DNA from: Takakia lepidozioides
Lineage: Eukaryota; Plantae; Bryophyta
NCBI GenBank assembly: GCA_030704615.1
Contig: CM060731.1
Location: 73,470,001-73,534,000, forward strand
Length of the DNA: 64,000 nt
Direction of reading: 5' to 3'
This document shows, one piece after another, positions 1 to 13,200 of this stretch (position 1 is the first letter of the stretch; every line of letters begins with the position of its first letter). A program made the translations under genes and the position numbers. A model generated the notes under the pieces. It was given only the letters and a program-made list of their open reading frames with translations, was not told the origin of the DNA and ran no database searches.

Positions 1-288
1 GCTGCAGCAATGGGTAGCAGAAGTCTTAGATCTGTACGCCCTGGGGACAGGTGTCTCAAATCCTGGGCCAGGAATTTACTCCTTACAAAATATTTGGAAT
101 GTTTTTGAATTCCCACAGACACAGTTTTCCTGTTTCAAAATTTTCAGTTTTCCTCTAGCAATTCCTACCAATAGATTTTCTCCTGATATAATGACAATCT
201 GTGCCACAGCCAGCATTCAGCACTTAATGCAAGAAGATTGATGCAGAAAAGAGGTGTCAGAAAGGAGCCAGGGCACTGCAGCATTGAC

Positions 289-3200
289 CTAAACATGAGA
301 TTGTAGCTTCCACACTTCCGGTGTTTCAAAGGAGCAAACAGGAGAGAGGGTGAAGGCTTGGGGCATTCCACAGGCACACTGTGCTTGCACACGGAAATCC
401 AGTGTGCTGCAGGCATCTGGAACAGGCAGCAAGTGCACATAGAAGGCCTCCACCATTGCCACTCCCAGATAGTTTGAGTCCTCATATCCAAGGCTGCCCA
501 CAGATTCTGGTCTGCCTACTTCTCCTCCTGCCTGTGTTTTACAAACGTACACATAGTACCGAACCCATTTGCAGCCACTGTGTCTGTCAGCTCCAGACTC
601 CAGCTTGCTGGTCCTCAAACTCCAGATCAGATTCAAGCTAACAAACCTATGTTCTTGGGACACTTGTATCCAAGAGGGGCTGCAACTTTCAAAGATGATG
701 GAGGGTAAAATGCTGTCATGTTCTTCGCACCTGCTGATGCGAATGTGTCCCAGCAATGCATCGTAGACATTATCCATGCCAGACATGCCTTTAATACTGG
801 CTGATCTTCGAGAAGACTCACTTGTGTTGTCACTATCCAAAATATTTTTCTCGATAGCAGAAAACAATTTGTCAATGTGTAAAGTATTGGAGAAAACAAC
901 CCCATAGATGTGTCCAACTACACAGTCGCCAAGTTTCAACATATGTTTGCGTACACTCCAAGTACTGCGCCCTGCAGTGTCTCTGGCAATGGTGTCAGAA
1001 GTGATGGGCAGCTTTTGAACAAAACAATCCTCATTGTTTCCATATTCTTGTACCTTATCCCCTTCCGTCATCAATAATACTGAAGTCCATCTACCTCCCT
1101 TGCATACCCTGACTACGAGGCAAAAATGGAAGTCAATTCCAAGCAAGACCTGCAAGATAAGCCATTTGCCACAGTTTATTTGAGATCCGTATCTTAAGAG
1201 TTAGTAGAGAAAAGTTATGACAACCCAAATACTTTCTTGAAACTACTAAAAGTGACAACGATTCCCAATCGAGAACAGCATATGCATCCTCAAAGACGTT
1301 GTAGGATGCTTCTGGTTGGGAACAGGATGAGGATTACTGAATAGGAGACATGGAGAGGTGCTCCAACAACAGGCACATTAGCGTGATATAGTAGCACAAC
1401 ATCCAGCATGCCGCATCCTGAGAATCTGATGCATGATCCTCCACTGAATGCAGCCTCCTCCTGACTGCCATGCCATGTCATTTGGTCAGCTGCACATATA
1501 CCCCCTAAAACCTTCTTGTGGGAGTTTGCACTAACTGCCTAAACCTTGCCCCTAATTCTCCTTCCTCTCATCCACACGACCACAATGGACTTAGCCTCCT
1601 CCTGCCAGTCATTCCATGTCATTTGGTCAGCTGCACATAAACCCCTTTAAGTTTTCTTGTGGCAGCTTGCCACTAACTGCCTAAACCTTGCCCCTAATTC
1701 TCCTTCCTCTCATCCACACAACCAAAACGGACCTTGTCACAATGCCAGTGGTGTCTTGTAATGCATCCTTGTTGCTCAAGAAGACGGGAAAACAGATTCA
1801 ACATGGGCACTGTGGAAAAAAAATTTACCTTATCCTGACTTGCAAACTATGTTCTTTTGCTTCCTGAGACTCCTTCACCACCCACAGAAGTGGCTGTATG
1901 GCAATAATCCGCCCCCAAGGAAATGTTACCCAACATAGCCCCACTCCCAGACAGAACACAAACCCTGTGTCTCTTTTGAGGCAAAAAAGATTAGGAAAAG
2001 GATGCTGGTTCCAATGTAAACCAGACAAAAGAAGTATACCTGCAAGTTTTGGCAAGACAGGTTAAACCAAGGCAGGCTAGAGACCTCCTTCCCCTCCGAA
2101 AACATGCCTCTGCCACAACCCTGTTCCCCAGTCCCTTCAGCATGGGTGCCATTAACTAAAAACAATAGGCTTAGGTAACCCGATAAATTGCTTCTATCAC
2201 CTGCTTCAACCACCTCCAACAGGTTGTCAACCACATTCCTACAGTGTAGGTATCACAAGCTCCATAACATCCTGACGTTAGAATCCAGCAAGATTTAGAC
2301 AAGAGGATCTGGATTATACATGATTTTTTGGTGGAGTAACAGTGGTAGAAGCACATTACAACGCATATGTGGATGTGTGTAAGCATAGACAAGGATTGGA
2401 AGGGCATATATTTGTGAGAGTAGCAACATCTTCCTCTTGTAAGACGGGCTTCATAGCAAGTCATCCACATACCTGGTCAAAATCAGAGAAGAAAGGGAGC
2501 ACAGTCGGATTCAGTCGAGCAATAGGCCAACATTGTTCAATGAGGCCCCACCACCTGCATCAGACTCTAGATGATTATCAACGTGAAACAGAAATTAGTC
2601 TAGCACAGCTCACCATCCCTTTTTTTTTTCTTGAACAAACAGAGGTGGCAGTCACAGAAGCAGGGACCCCTGTGAACGGCAGTATTGAACTGATACTGTT
2701 CCACAAGATGCTGGAGAGAGTCTGTTTAGCATGAAACATCCTTCTGAATGCTTACTCTAGTGAGATTAATTAACCTGCGCTCTATTTGTAAGGCTGTTAA
2801 TGGGATACAGACCTGCTCTGTGCAGCCTTGAAATCCGGGGGCTGGTTGATTTCATACACCCAGGCAGGGGCAAATAGGGCAGCTGAAACTTCTGCATTCT
2901 GTGCCACCTTGAGGGCCACATCACTCTGCAATCCACCCACACCTACGTCTTCCAACTCAACTTACACCATGCATCACATCATGGTGTCTTGCTCAATAGA
3001 TACCCCCTTTTCATAGAACATAAACCCTCCCTACCCCGAAAAAAACTATGTCATCATCTCTCATCCCATTTTTTCTCGACCTAAGTCTGAGAGGACACAT
3101 CAATGGTGCAGTGAAGGTGTCCAAACCACTGGAAACTCTTTAGTTATACAGCACCATCTAATTTCCCTGCTAGCAAGGAGGGATGCAAGTAAAATTGCAC

Positions 3201-4710
3201 CTGGAAACCACCGCCACCGTAGGTATTGCGACCAAATATATCCACCCCCATGTACACATCGAATGTTCGCTGTCCAGCTGTGTCTGCACTCGACTTGGCG
3301 CATCCTTCCTGTGCACACACGTACATGCACCACAATCACCACCCTTGAAGCCTGCTGAGTTGCGCTTCCTCCATAAGCAAGGTGCCAGTGGAATATACCG
3401 TCCAAGAGTAGTTCGTGAATATCCCTTCACAGACATCAAAAAAGTGGCGATTCTTCTTATTCAAACAATTTTGCCAGTTGAGGTCTCCATCTTCTGTCAC
3501 GGCATCGTACCTGGCACATTCACCAATCCATCATCTTCACCACACAACCAACTCCAGTCTACACAAACAGGGTCTCTATTGTTGGTTGAGATTACTTGAG
3601 CCAAAAAAGTGAGAGAGGCATTGGTAACATGTAGCTCATCCACACAGAAGGTGATTAGAAATTGCAAACAAAAGAACTGATGCTGGAGCAGATACCAAAT
3701 GACTAGAGAGTTGGGAAGCAGACTGTTCATGCACTGACTGAGGTGCTCAACAAACTCATATAGGTGTGGCATGTCCTTCAGATCCACCGTATTCTCAATG
3801 TTGATCTGTTCCTCAAGCCAAGAAAAATATGGGCAAGACTTAGTGACTCCCATCCCCTGATTTGACTAACAACCAATCTGAAGTTTTTGAGCTGTAACAG
3901 CCTTTTCAACATAAAGGACAGGGAGGCCACAAAATTGGAGAAGATGAAAAGAGACCCATCAATCACAAAGGATAATCCAATTAACTATGCAACTTCTGTG
4001 TGTTCAAAGGCCTTGTTATCCACTTACAATGCTATGTTACTGTGAAGGACACAATGAGAATAGAGTCAAGGGGAATGAACCGCATACCAACCAGCCATCG
4101 AAGCCCAAGGCCTGTGCGAGCTCAGCCAAGCGTGACGCATACATTCGACATGACTCTGAGGAGGTCAGCAATGTGCGGCACACTTGCGCCCCTTCTTTCC
4201 ATTCTGTGATGAATGTCCCTAGTACCTGCACCCACGATTTGCCATCTCTGAACCAGTCAAACAAACGGAATGCGAACTCGCTAGGTTCCCATGGAGAGAT
4301 TGTGCATGACAAGACTCGAGGGCGTCCACAATAGCAGCTGAAAACCCTCGGTTCGCAGAGCATACCTGGACCCCATGCTTGTGAGCTGCATTTGTCCAGC
4401 CTGGAGGAGGCAGCGTGACAAGCGAGTGTGAGAAGTAGACAAACACGTCAATCAAATGCCAGTGCCACAGTGCGTAGCCCTTGCTGTCATTGCTTCCTTG
4501 TATCCATTTGTCCTCCTGATAGCCTCCCTTATAATCATGGCACACCAGCAGCCTCGGCCGTCTCTGGCTTGAAGACGGAGGGTCGCAGGATGCCAGGGGA
4601 ATGGAGGCTCTGACATATCGCAATGTGTGCGAGGAGAAGAGAGCCCGCTCCTCCAATTGCTTCAACGATGTCAGGGGCGCGGCCGTGGGTGCTCTATCCT
4701 CCACATCCAT
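289..4710 (-). CDS. ENGASE: Cytosolic endo-beta-N-acetylglucosaminidase (GH85), multi-exon
   Basis: Approximate exons: 4710-4366 (LLVCHDYKGGYQEDKW..YALWHWHLIDVFVYFSH..PPPGWTNAAHKHGVQ), 4225-4088 (VLGTFITEW..GFDGWL), ~3806-3694 (INIE..LVIW), ~3510-3399 (YDAVTEDG..GIFTNYSW), ~3309-3202 (DVYMGVDIFGRNTYGGG), ~2925-2813 (SAALFAPAWVYE), ~2554-2473, ~2121-2040, ~1894-1829, 1464-~1337, 1149-289. The GH85 catalytic FDGWLINIE motif is rebuilt across a GT-AG intron. Confidence 0.93.
1452..1732. repeat. ~141-bp tandem duplication spanning an ENGase splice acceptor
   Basis: 1452-1590 and 1593-1732 are near-identical; both contain ccatgtcatttggtcagctgcacata and cactaactgcctaaaccttgcccctaattctccttcctctcatccacac. 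Confidence 0.9.
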
Positions 4711-5461
4711 AATCACCGTTCTGTTTTTCCCTTGCTTTTTCCAGAAGAAAGGATAGTTCCTGAGAGCAAACTTCGTAAACATGACAAAATCGCCAAGACC
4801 AGGAATCTCGACCCAAACAAGGTTGGTAAGAGAAACTCAACGCGTGCAGCGAGTGGAAATGGAATGCTAGTCACTACAGAATGTGGGCCACTGCCTGCAC
4901 GATTGTAATCCAAGCTTACCTTCTAGCAGCTCAAGTAGTGCCTCTGTCGATGTATTAACAATTGGGAATTCGCCCTCATTCCTCATCTCCAGGATTGCTC
5001 ACTCTGTGTGTACTCCAACACATTCCCCACATGAGCCATGCTTCTAGCGAGACTTGGATTTCACAACTTGAACGTGAACTTGACCCACCAGAAAACTGTA
5101 TACTACCCATCGCCAGTTGGAGATTCTTAGGGTCTTTTACCATCCCCTCCTTCACCTGGGCGTTCCACCATCTTGCGCATGCTCTCCTAGAATTGAGCCC
5201 ACATGGCTGATGCCGTCATCACACCCGTTTAAAAAGTCTGTATTCTACTGTCCAGTCTCTCGTCGCTTTTTACGCCATCGAACGGACAAATCAAGAGAGG
5301 GAGAGGAGGACTTCTACTCCGGAAAGAAGCTAGAGAGCCGGAGAGCCAGAGATGGTGGCAAGGGTGGGGCCTTCCCCGTGCTGCACAAGTGCCTGCACAA
5401 TTTCAGCAGCGAGCAAGTCCAGGTGGAGAAGTTTTCAAGCTTGCAGACATTATCAACCGAC

Positions 5462-8400
5462 ATGGATTGCTCGGGTCTCTCTTCCTCTGCATTCGTGTTC
5501 GAATTCTCTTGCCATGGGCGGACGCTGCTCTGTAGATTCCACCGCGGAACTACCTGCGTTAGCGATAAGTGTGTGCTTCAGACCCCTCCGCTCTTTCTCT
5601 CCTTCTCCCACTCTCTCGTGCTATTGCAAGCGAAGTCCACAATTAAGGTTTTCCCTCGAGGTTTTGCTGTGATGAATCTAGTATGTCAGCTTATGCCACA
5701 AAATTCGCTCTGCGATCTGCCTGCCACGGGGTGAGCTTATCCCCCAAGTGAGCTCAAGCACAATGGCTACTTGACTGTGGTGTTTATGTGGGTGACTTGC
5801 TACCTCAACCTGATCCCAGTGTAAGCTTGTGCTCTCTGAAGGATACAGAGACGAGGTGAAAATGCAAACATCTGTTCATACCTTGACTTGTCTCAGTTGC
5901 GAATGCTCAAATTCTCAAAGATTTTGTCTTTTCAACCTTTGTGAATACCTTTTCTTACTTGAATGTCATGTTGGCAGTGTCGTTTGTCAGTTCAAATAGA
6001 TGATATAATTGAAGACAATGAAAATCCCTCTTCTTTCTGTGTTTCGGTAGCGCTGCCCGTTGATTCAAGCAAGTTCGACTGTCCTTAATGATGAGAGTAT
6101 GAATCCATGATCCTGTACCATCTAGCAGAAGGCAACTCCTGCTATGAAAGTGGAAGACTTCCATCAAATCCCTTATTTGTGTTTACCTTGCATGTACATC
6201 TAGACATTTGGGCCGACAATCCTGGCAGGCCTGGGTATGCAAGACATAGAGTCGCGGTGGTTGCTGTCCATAGCAGCCTTTCAGAAGTCAGCTCAGATTT
6301 GAGAGAAGGGCAGGAACAGATTGTAGCAGATGACACCGACCGAAGCTCCATTGATGAATGGGAACTTGATTTTTGTTCACGGCCAATTGTTGATGGGCGA
6401 GGAAAGAAGGTCTGGGAGCTTGTAGTCCGTGACAGCAAGCGACAGCTGCAGTTTACTCGATTTTATCCCAATAATGTTATAAACAGTGTTACCTTGCGTG
6501 ACGCCTTATCGTGTATCCTCCAGACTCTTGAGGTGCCGAAGCCACAAAAAATTCGGTTTTTCCGGTAAGCTTCTTTCAAAGGCAGGTGGTTCTTTTACGC
6601 CAATGCACTGATTGAAGGTTTTCCATAGGACATGCCTGACCAAACTATTCTTGTTTGTGGTAGCAACACAGCCTCTGCCAGCTTCTTCACTGTTAACCTG
6701 TGAATTGTGTCTCTGTTAAGGGGCTTGCCTAATCGGTAGGTTGATGAGCTATGACAGCCAAAGAGGTGTGAACCTGAATGGCAGGTCACAGATGCAGACC
6801 ATAATATCAAAGGCTTGTAAAGAACTTGACATCCAACCTGTTCCTAGTCAAAGGGTATTTTTCTCAATCCCCTCTCCTTCTCTCCCTTCATTAGAAAGGA
6901 TATGAGGGATATATCCCTTTCATTCCCCAGATCACTGACAGCAAGTGACCAACTCTTACAAACTCACTTTTTGGAGTCTTCATATACGTAGTTTCATATA
7001 CATTGACAATTTTTTAAGTTCCATACTCCTTTAGGGACTTCGTAATGATAAGTACGTCCAGATGAGTTGCAGAGTTTCAAACATGTATCCTAGTGGGAGA
7101 TGCCTACTCAGATGATGGCTACATATTCAATCTCAGTATGGGTGTCTAAAATTTTGATGAATAGGAGAAATTGAATGATGTATCCAGTTGAGATAGGGCT
7201 ATACAAAACAGTTGTAGATATATCTCTTTTTCCTGTAGAATCAACCGTTTGTTAGGTCCATGGGCTTCACCCAGTCCTTATTTAGCAAAGGGGTCCAGAC
7301 ATCTTTTGCTATGCTTAAGTTGTTGGTGGTACTGTTTCGGGGTTTTGTTAGTTCTGCCAAAAGATAAGTCATAATTGCTTCAGGAAATGGTTGGCAACAG
7401 TGTATAACATTGGTGAGATGGCTGGAGGAGCGATATGAGACAGTGTATCGCCAACATCCAGGCTTCCAGGAAGGTTCTAGCCCGCTCTTCTTGCAAGAGC
7501 AAGTTCTCCCATTGGATTTGCCAGACACTCTGCGTGGTGAGGAGTGGGCGTTTGTCCAGCTCCCTCTTTCAGGTCTGTCTGGAGTGCCTTTCCTACTTCC
7601 TGTCAGTATGAGGTTTGTGCCAGCAGTCTCCTCTGCCTTCAAGTGCAATCCAAGCATCCAACTGTGAGGAGACTGTGTTATCCTTGGTGAAGGAGAAAAG
7701 CAAACACAATATGGGACAATCTTAAGTAGCTTCCATTTTTTTGTGGTGAATCTTGAACTTTGTCAGTTCTCACTTCTCGGGCAGGGGATTTCCTAGTTGT
7801 ACATGACAGAAACAGGGAGAAATACGGGTTCTTTCAAGCATAGATCAGTATAGCAGTAGATGCAAGTTATGCAGCATATTGATGAATTCCCAGTATAGGG
7901 TTGGGCAACAGGCATTTTGGAGGAGATGGCAGCAGTGAAGAAGGGCACCATCTTTGGGAGTGTGTTGGGATTGGATACTTTGGAGCTTAGTCTATCTCCA
8001 GATGTCATGATTCCTGGAGTTGCAGTGGCATCGTGCCGTGCCACCCCCCTGGCAGGTTAGTATTACTTCCAAAAAATTCTTTATGTGACAAGCTGGTTTT
8101 ACTCATTTTGAACTACATGTTCAGAACTGCATGTTTTGTTGGATGTGGCCAGCTTGGACCAGTGCATTGGAGCTTTCCTCAATTGAGGTGGACAAGCAGC
8201 GCGCCTGTCTGGTTCTCTCCACAGGTGTTACAGATAGGTGTGTATTTCAGACACTGTAGGATCTCTTATAAATGTGTTTTTTAATGTGGTGAAACTAGCC
8301 TGCATGGCTATTTTGTTTACATCATCAACCACAGGTTGTTGTGTATCTGTGCAAAACAGAGGAAAAGAAAATAGGCTAAAACAAAAAGAAGAGAGAGTAT

Positions 8401-9138
8401 CGTACTCCCATAGGTACCTCAAGGCAACAGCAAAACATGATTAGTAAGCAAAGGTACTGTAGCAGTTTATGTTGAGCTGAGGGGGTAATGCAACCCGCAA
8501 ACCTATAAATACTACACTCAATATAGCGTTGGTATTTCACTTCTGCCAGGGGCTCCCATCTATTCTTCAGGAAACCCTCTACGGGTTAAACCATTCAAGA
8601 ATCCAGTCTAGGCATTATGTTCAGGATTTCTGTTGTGCCTTTAATATCCCCCACTGAAACTCACCGTGGCGTCCAGCCTGGAGTTGAGATTTACAGATCA
8701 GGCCTTCTCGACGAAGTATTTTTTGCCGTCGGTTTTGATAAAGGCAGATACTGAGACAAGTGTGCTTATCGTTGCCTCATGTTTAAAGACGTTCATACCG
8801 AATCAATAGAAATCCTGCGTTGGGAACCTTTTCTGGTCTCTTTACTGGGGAGAGGGAACAGATGAAGCTCGAAACACATGGGGAAACAGATGGGGGAACA
8901 GCTTTGTAAATGTCCTCGCCAATGCTGGACCTCTCAGACAGCAATCAACTGAATGTAATGCAGGTGGCGTTATGCTTTTTACCAGAGAAGTCGGCTGGCA
9001 GACAAGGAAGCAGAGGCTTGGGAGGAAGTAAAGAAAAAGTGTGGGGGTCTACATTTTCTGGCTGTCCAACAATCTCTCGACGCTGATTGCTGCACCGGAT
9101 TCTGGCTTTTGATGGATGTGCCACGCTCTCCTGTATAA
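5462..9138 (+). CDS. TAB2: Chloroplast RNA-binding protein TAB2/ATAB2 (DUF1092), multi-exon
   Basis: Approximate exons: 5462-5660 (transit-like), 6204-6564 ([28 protein letters not shown]), 6785-6853 ([15 protein letters not shown]), 7401-7572 ([27 protein letters not shown]), 7912-8054 ([16 protein letters not shown]), 8153-8237, 8964-9138 ([28 protein letters not shown]). The start codon is less certain. Confidence 0.92.
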
Positions 9139-10253
9139 CCATGTGTTTACTCTCCTTATTAGTCACAATGTTCAAGCGCGGCAATGAGCAGGTCTAAGAG
9201 GTTAAACTTCAGTGCTAGTCAGTGACTCTTTGCTCTTCAGCAGGATCTGTAATCATCGCATTGTCATTCTGTGGACCCTGATTGTATTGTGGAAAGGCAA
9301 AAATGAGATTAGCTCATCTTCTTTGCACCCCTTGACAGCAACAAGGTCCATGCGACCAAATTCCACAAGCACAAAATACGAGTGTATGCAGGGTGGGTCA
9401 AGCACATATTCTTTGCAAACACAAGAGGAAAGCTCAAAGAGCTTATGTGACAAGAGAAAGCATGAAACACGAAAGACAGAGGGGCCCTCCACAAGCACTG
9501 CTCTCAAGGGACTATCTAGCCTGCTCTAGGAGCAAGCAGATTCACACTATCAATCTACTTAGGTACGTGCTGTATATACATACGTACATACATAGGTGTA
9601 TAGATACTATACGGTTCATTTATACCTGTACTTTATATATGTATTCCTGATCTATGACGTAGGTGTGTCGTATGTACGATGTACATGGGTCATGTACCCT
9701 TCAGGGCAGCCCGTTGGGGAGGGCAGCACAGAGCACGAAACAATCATTACTGACAGCTGTTGACCAATTTTGTGCGACCGGGTCGAGCAGGTCATAATGA
9801 GAGAGCTGGTTTCCGATGTCACCGGGAGGTCCGGTTTGAAAGCAGTGAAGCCCTCCCTCCCTGTCTGTGTTTGTTTGCTTTGCTTATGCGACTGGATCTC
9901 AAAGCGGATCCGAGCTATGTCGGAAGTTGGGCAGAATCATTACTGCGGTGTTGGGATCGAAGGAATGAGGGTTTTGCAAGGATCTGAACCCATTTTTGTG
10001 ATTGGGTTTGTGCGTGCGCGGTGGATGGGCATGCTGGTTGGGGGATAGGTCGATTGAAGCTAAGGATTCAGCGCTGGAATTGGGACAAGCGGGGTTCTGG
10101 AGAAAGAAGAAATTGGTGGGAGAGCTGGAGAAGAGGGAAACGGTGAGGAGCTATTTTTTTGTTGGACACTTATCAGAGAGCAGGAAGGAGCTTGGAAGTT
10201 AGCAGAAGAGGGGAAGCATATTGAGATTAGGGGTAGTGAAGTTGAAGGAGGCC

Positions 10254-13200
10254 ATGGCCTCATCATTGTATCGAAACACACCACCGTCAGGGCGCCCACC
10301 GCAGGCGCCGCCCGCTCCTCCAGGACACTATGTCCACCCGTATGCTAGCTCTCATTACCCAGTCCCCCCTTCTGCAGCAGGAAATCTCTACAACCCTAGC
10401 TCTGTACCGCCCCCTCCCCTTCCCCCTCACCACGCAGGTTATGCAGGGGCTCCGCCCCCCCTCCCTCCTTCGATTGGCATGCCCTCGTCGTCGTACCCTA
10501 ACTCTCACTATTCCTCGCAGCATTCCGCATCTATACACGCAGCTGGAAATTATCTCCCTTCTTCCCACCCCCCTCCCTTGCCACAAGCTTCGAGTCATAG
10601 CCACCAAGTTCAGGGTTTGGACCGACAGGCGCCTCAACAGGTACGTCGGTGTTTTTTGGTTTCCTTCGTGAGGTGGTGCTGCACTCAGGTTTTGAACATG
10701 CAGTTTTTTAACAGCAGTCACAGCTTCGATTTTGCATCACTTTGGGTGGACTGTCTTCGAAGTGGAATGCCAATCCATATAGTTCGGAGGTGACTAGAAA
10801 GCTCCATGAACCCGTTCTGCAGGGAAGCAAATTTCTTTGATGTTTAGTTGTGCTGTCACTTGGTTTACCAGTCCAAAAAAGCGTCAGTGGGATAGTCTGA
10901 CGAACGCAGAAGTCTTACCTCTTAATATGGCAGGCTTGGCCTCAGAGGAGTTCATCTGGCCAAGGCACTGCTAGTGCAGCGTCTCAGGGGGGACATGGTA
11001 GTTCCCTATCCCAGGGAGTTCTTCCCACCAGATGGCCACAGCAAATAAGTGGTCTCGACCCTGCCGCACAGTCCGACTCTGTACCTGGTTGGAAAGAAGA
11101 GACAAAAGACGAAAGGAGAGAGAGGAAGAAACGAGAGTATTATGAGAAGAAGAAGCTGGAAGAGAAACAACAACAGCGAGAAAAAGCTGCAAGGGATCGT
11201 GGGCAGCAACCACGTCCAGTGGCGAGTGGAGGGAAACAAACCTCCTTGAATAATGGGTCCAGAGATGCATGGGTGGAGAAGAAGGCAGCTTCTACAGCTG
11301 AGAAAATTGAGAACCGATTGAAGCGCCCGTCTACATTTTTGTGTAAAATAAAGTAAGAGTTACATGGTTGCTTAGCTGGCTTGCAGTGATTCCTTACACA
11401 GCATATGCAATTATCTTGTGTGGTCATGAATTTTCCATTTGGAAGGCTTCGTAAATTTGGGACTCGGATGAAATTGTGTGGTATGTGGTTGCAGGTTTAG
11501 GAATGAGCTGCCAGATATTGTCTCCCAACCGAAGTTGTTGCGCATTAACAATGACAAAGACCAGTGTGTTCCTCCCCCATGGCCCCGTCCTTTAAGCTCT
11601 GTTTCTTTTGGTCGAGTGTATAATTGAGAGGGTTGATTACTGGGATTTTAGTAGCAAAGCTAGGGCATCTCCACCTTCGATTTGGAAGTGTCATTGAGCA
11701 CCTCATCACAATCTTGCTCACTTTTTCTCCTCCCAAATTTTCTCTGAACAGGAATTTAATGTACCCCTTCATTAATGGTCTACGGTGCAAGTTACTGGTG
11801 ATACTCATGGAATGTTTCACTCATCTCATTCTCCTCTCCATGTTTTGCCGCCATCAAGCTTCAGGGAGCGGTGCAGATAATCTTATTACAGAGCATAGGG
11901 TAGTTTAGAATTTGATGTCATGCCCGAGTTAGTGAAGCAGCAGCTTATTGAGATGATGGTGTCTGTTTCTTCATTATACATGAAACCAATTATAGAAAAG
12001 TGATTTCAAATGAGCTAACCTGCATGCTGGAAGATGGGAGAGAGATTGCTGAAAAGTGGAAGGATGGCAGGTACACTAAGTACACCCTCACCACATTGGA
12101 GAAGACATACAAGCACAAGCTGCTTGTGGAACCTGATCTTGGAATCCCTTTGGATCTTCTCGACATCAGTGGCTATAAGTAGGGAGCTACACTCATACCT
12201 CAATCGTCCTGGTGTTTCTTTAACATGCGGGGGCTATTTGAAATGAATTGCTTTTGCTTTGACTCTTCACTTTGAAGTTGTAGACAACATTACACTCACA
12301 ACCATGGAAGGATCACTCCTGGAAGCCCTGTGGGTGAAGGCAAAAGGTGTGATCCCTTTGAGTTAGAGGAGCTTCTTCTGTTAACGAAATCCCCAAAAAT
12401 TTCCAATGACTGATTGGAGTGGACGCAGGCCACCTGCAGTGACACTGCCATTGGACCCAGCCGATGCAGAGCTCTTATTGGATGATGAAGTCTTACAGAA
12501 GAAGGAGCCTGAGAGTCTACGCAAGAAAGAAAGGCCCACTGACAAGGGTGTGGCTTGGTTGGTCAAGACTCAGTATATTTCTCCTCTCAGCCTTGATCCT
12601 GCAAAGCAGGTAATGAACTTTGTTGGGGTGCATGCAATTACTGTGACAAACCGTTGTATTCAATAGCAAACCAATGGTCATGTGATAGCAAGTGAGAGTT
12701 CGGTCCCTCTCAAACTTCATCTTTATTACTATTAAATGGTGATTTCGTGCGTAAGGAGTTCTGTTTGTTTCTTTCAGCACCTGGGTGATGTGCGGGTTGT
12801 CAAGAGATAGAGAGTTATAACAGGAGCAGATAACAGGACTAACGACTGTTGAAACATAGACCCCAACCAGCAGACAGTAGTGAAGCTTCCAAGATTAAAG
12901 TGAACATTGAGATCATGATTCTCAACAAGACAGCAAAGTTTTCATACTGTGTGTTGTCGGGTGGTTCAGTCAATGACAGAGAAGCAGGCGAAGGAGTTGA
13001 GAGAGCAACGGGAGGGACGACATCTTGCTGTTGATACTGTCAATGACAGGTAAATAGCGCTGAATTTGTCATCTCATGTCCCATGTTTTGGCTTTTTGTT
13101 TCCATTATTGTTACATTCCGGGAATGTTATGGAGTAATCTGTACCCTCACATTTGTTGAAATCCTCAAGGGGTTTGATTTGTTGGATGCATTTGGCAGAG

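Noticed and set aside
1-80. Possible degenerate tRNA-derived SINE at the window start
   Set aside because: Box matches are weak and no second copy is present in the window.
8460-8940. TATA-like cctataaata and short repeats in the last TAB2 intron, possible LTR or TE remnant
   Set aside because: No termini, TSD, coding similarity or second copy were visible.
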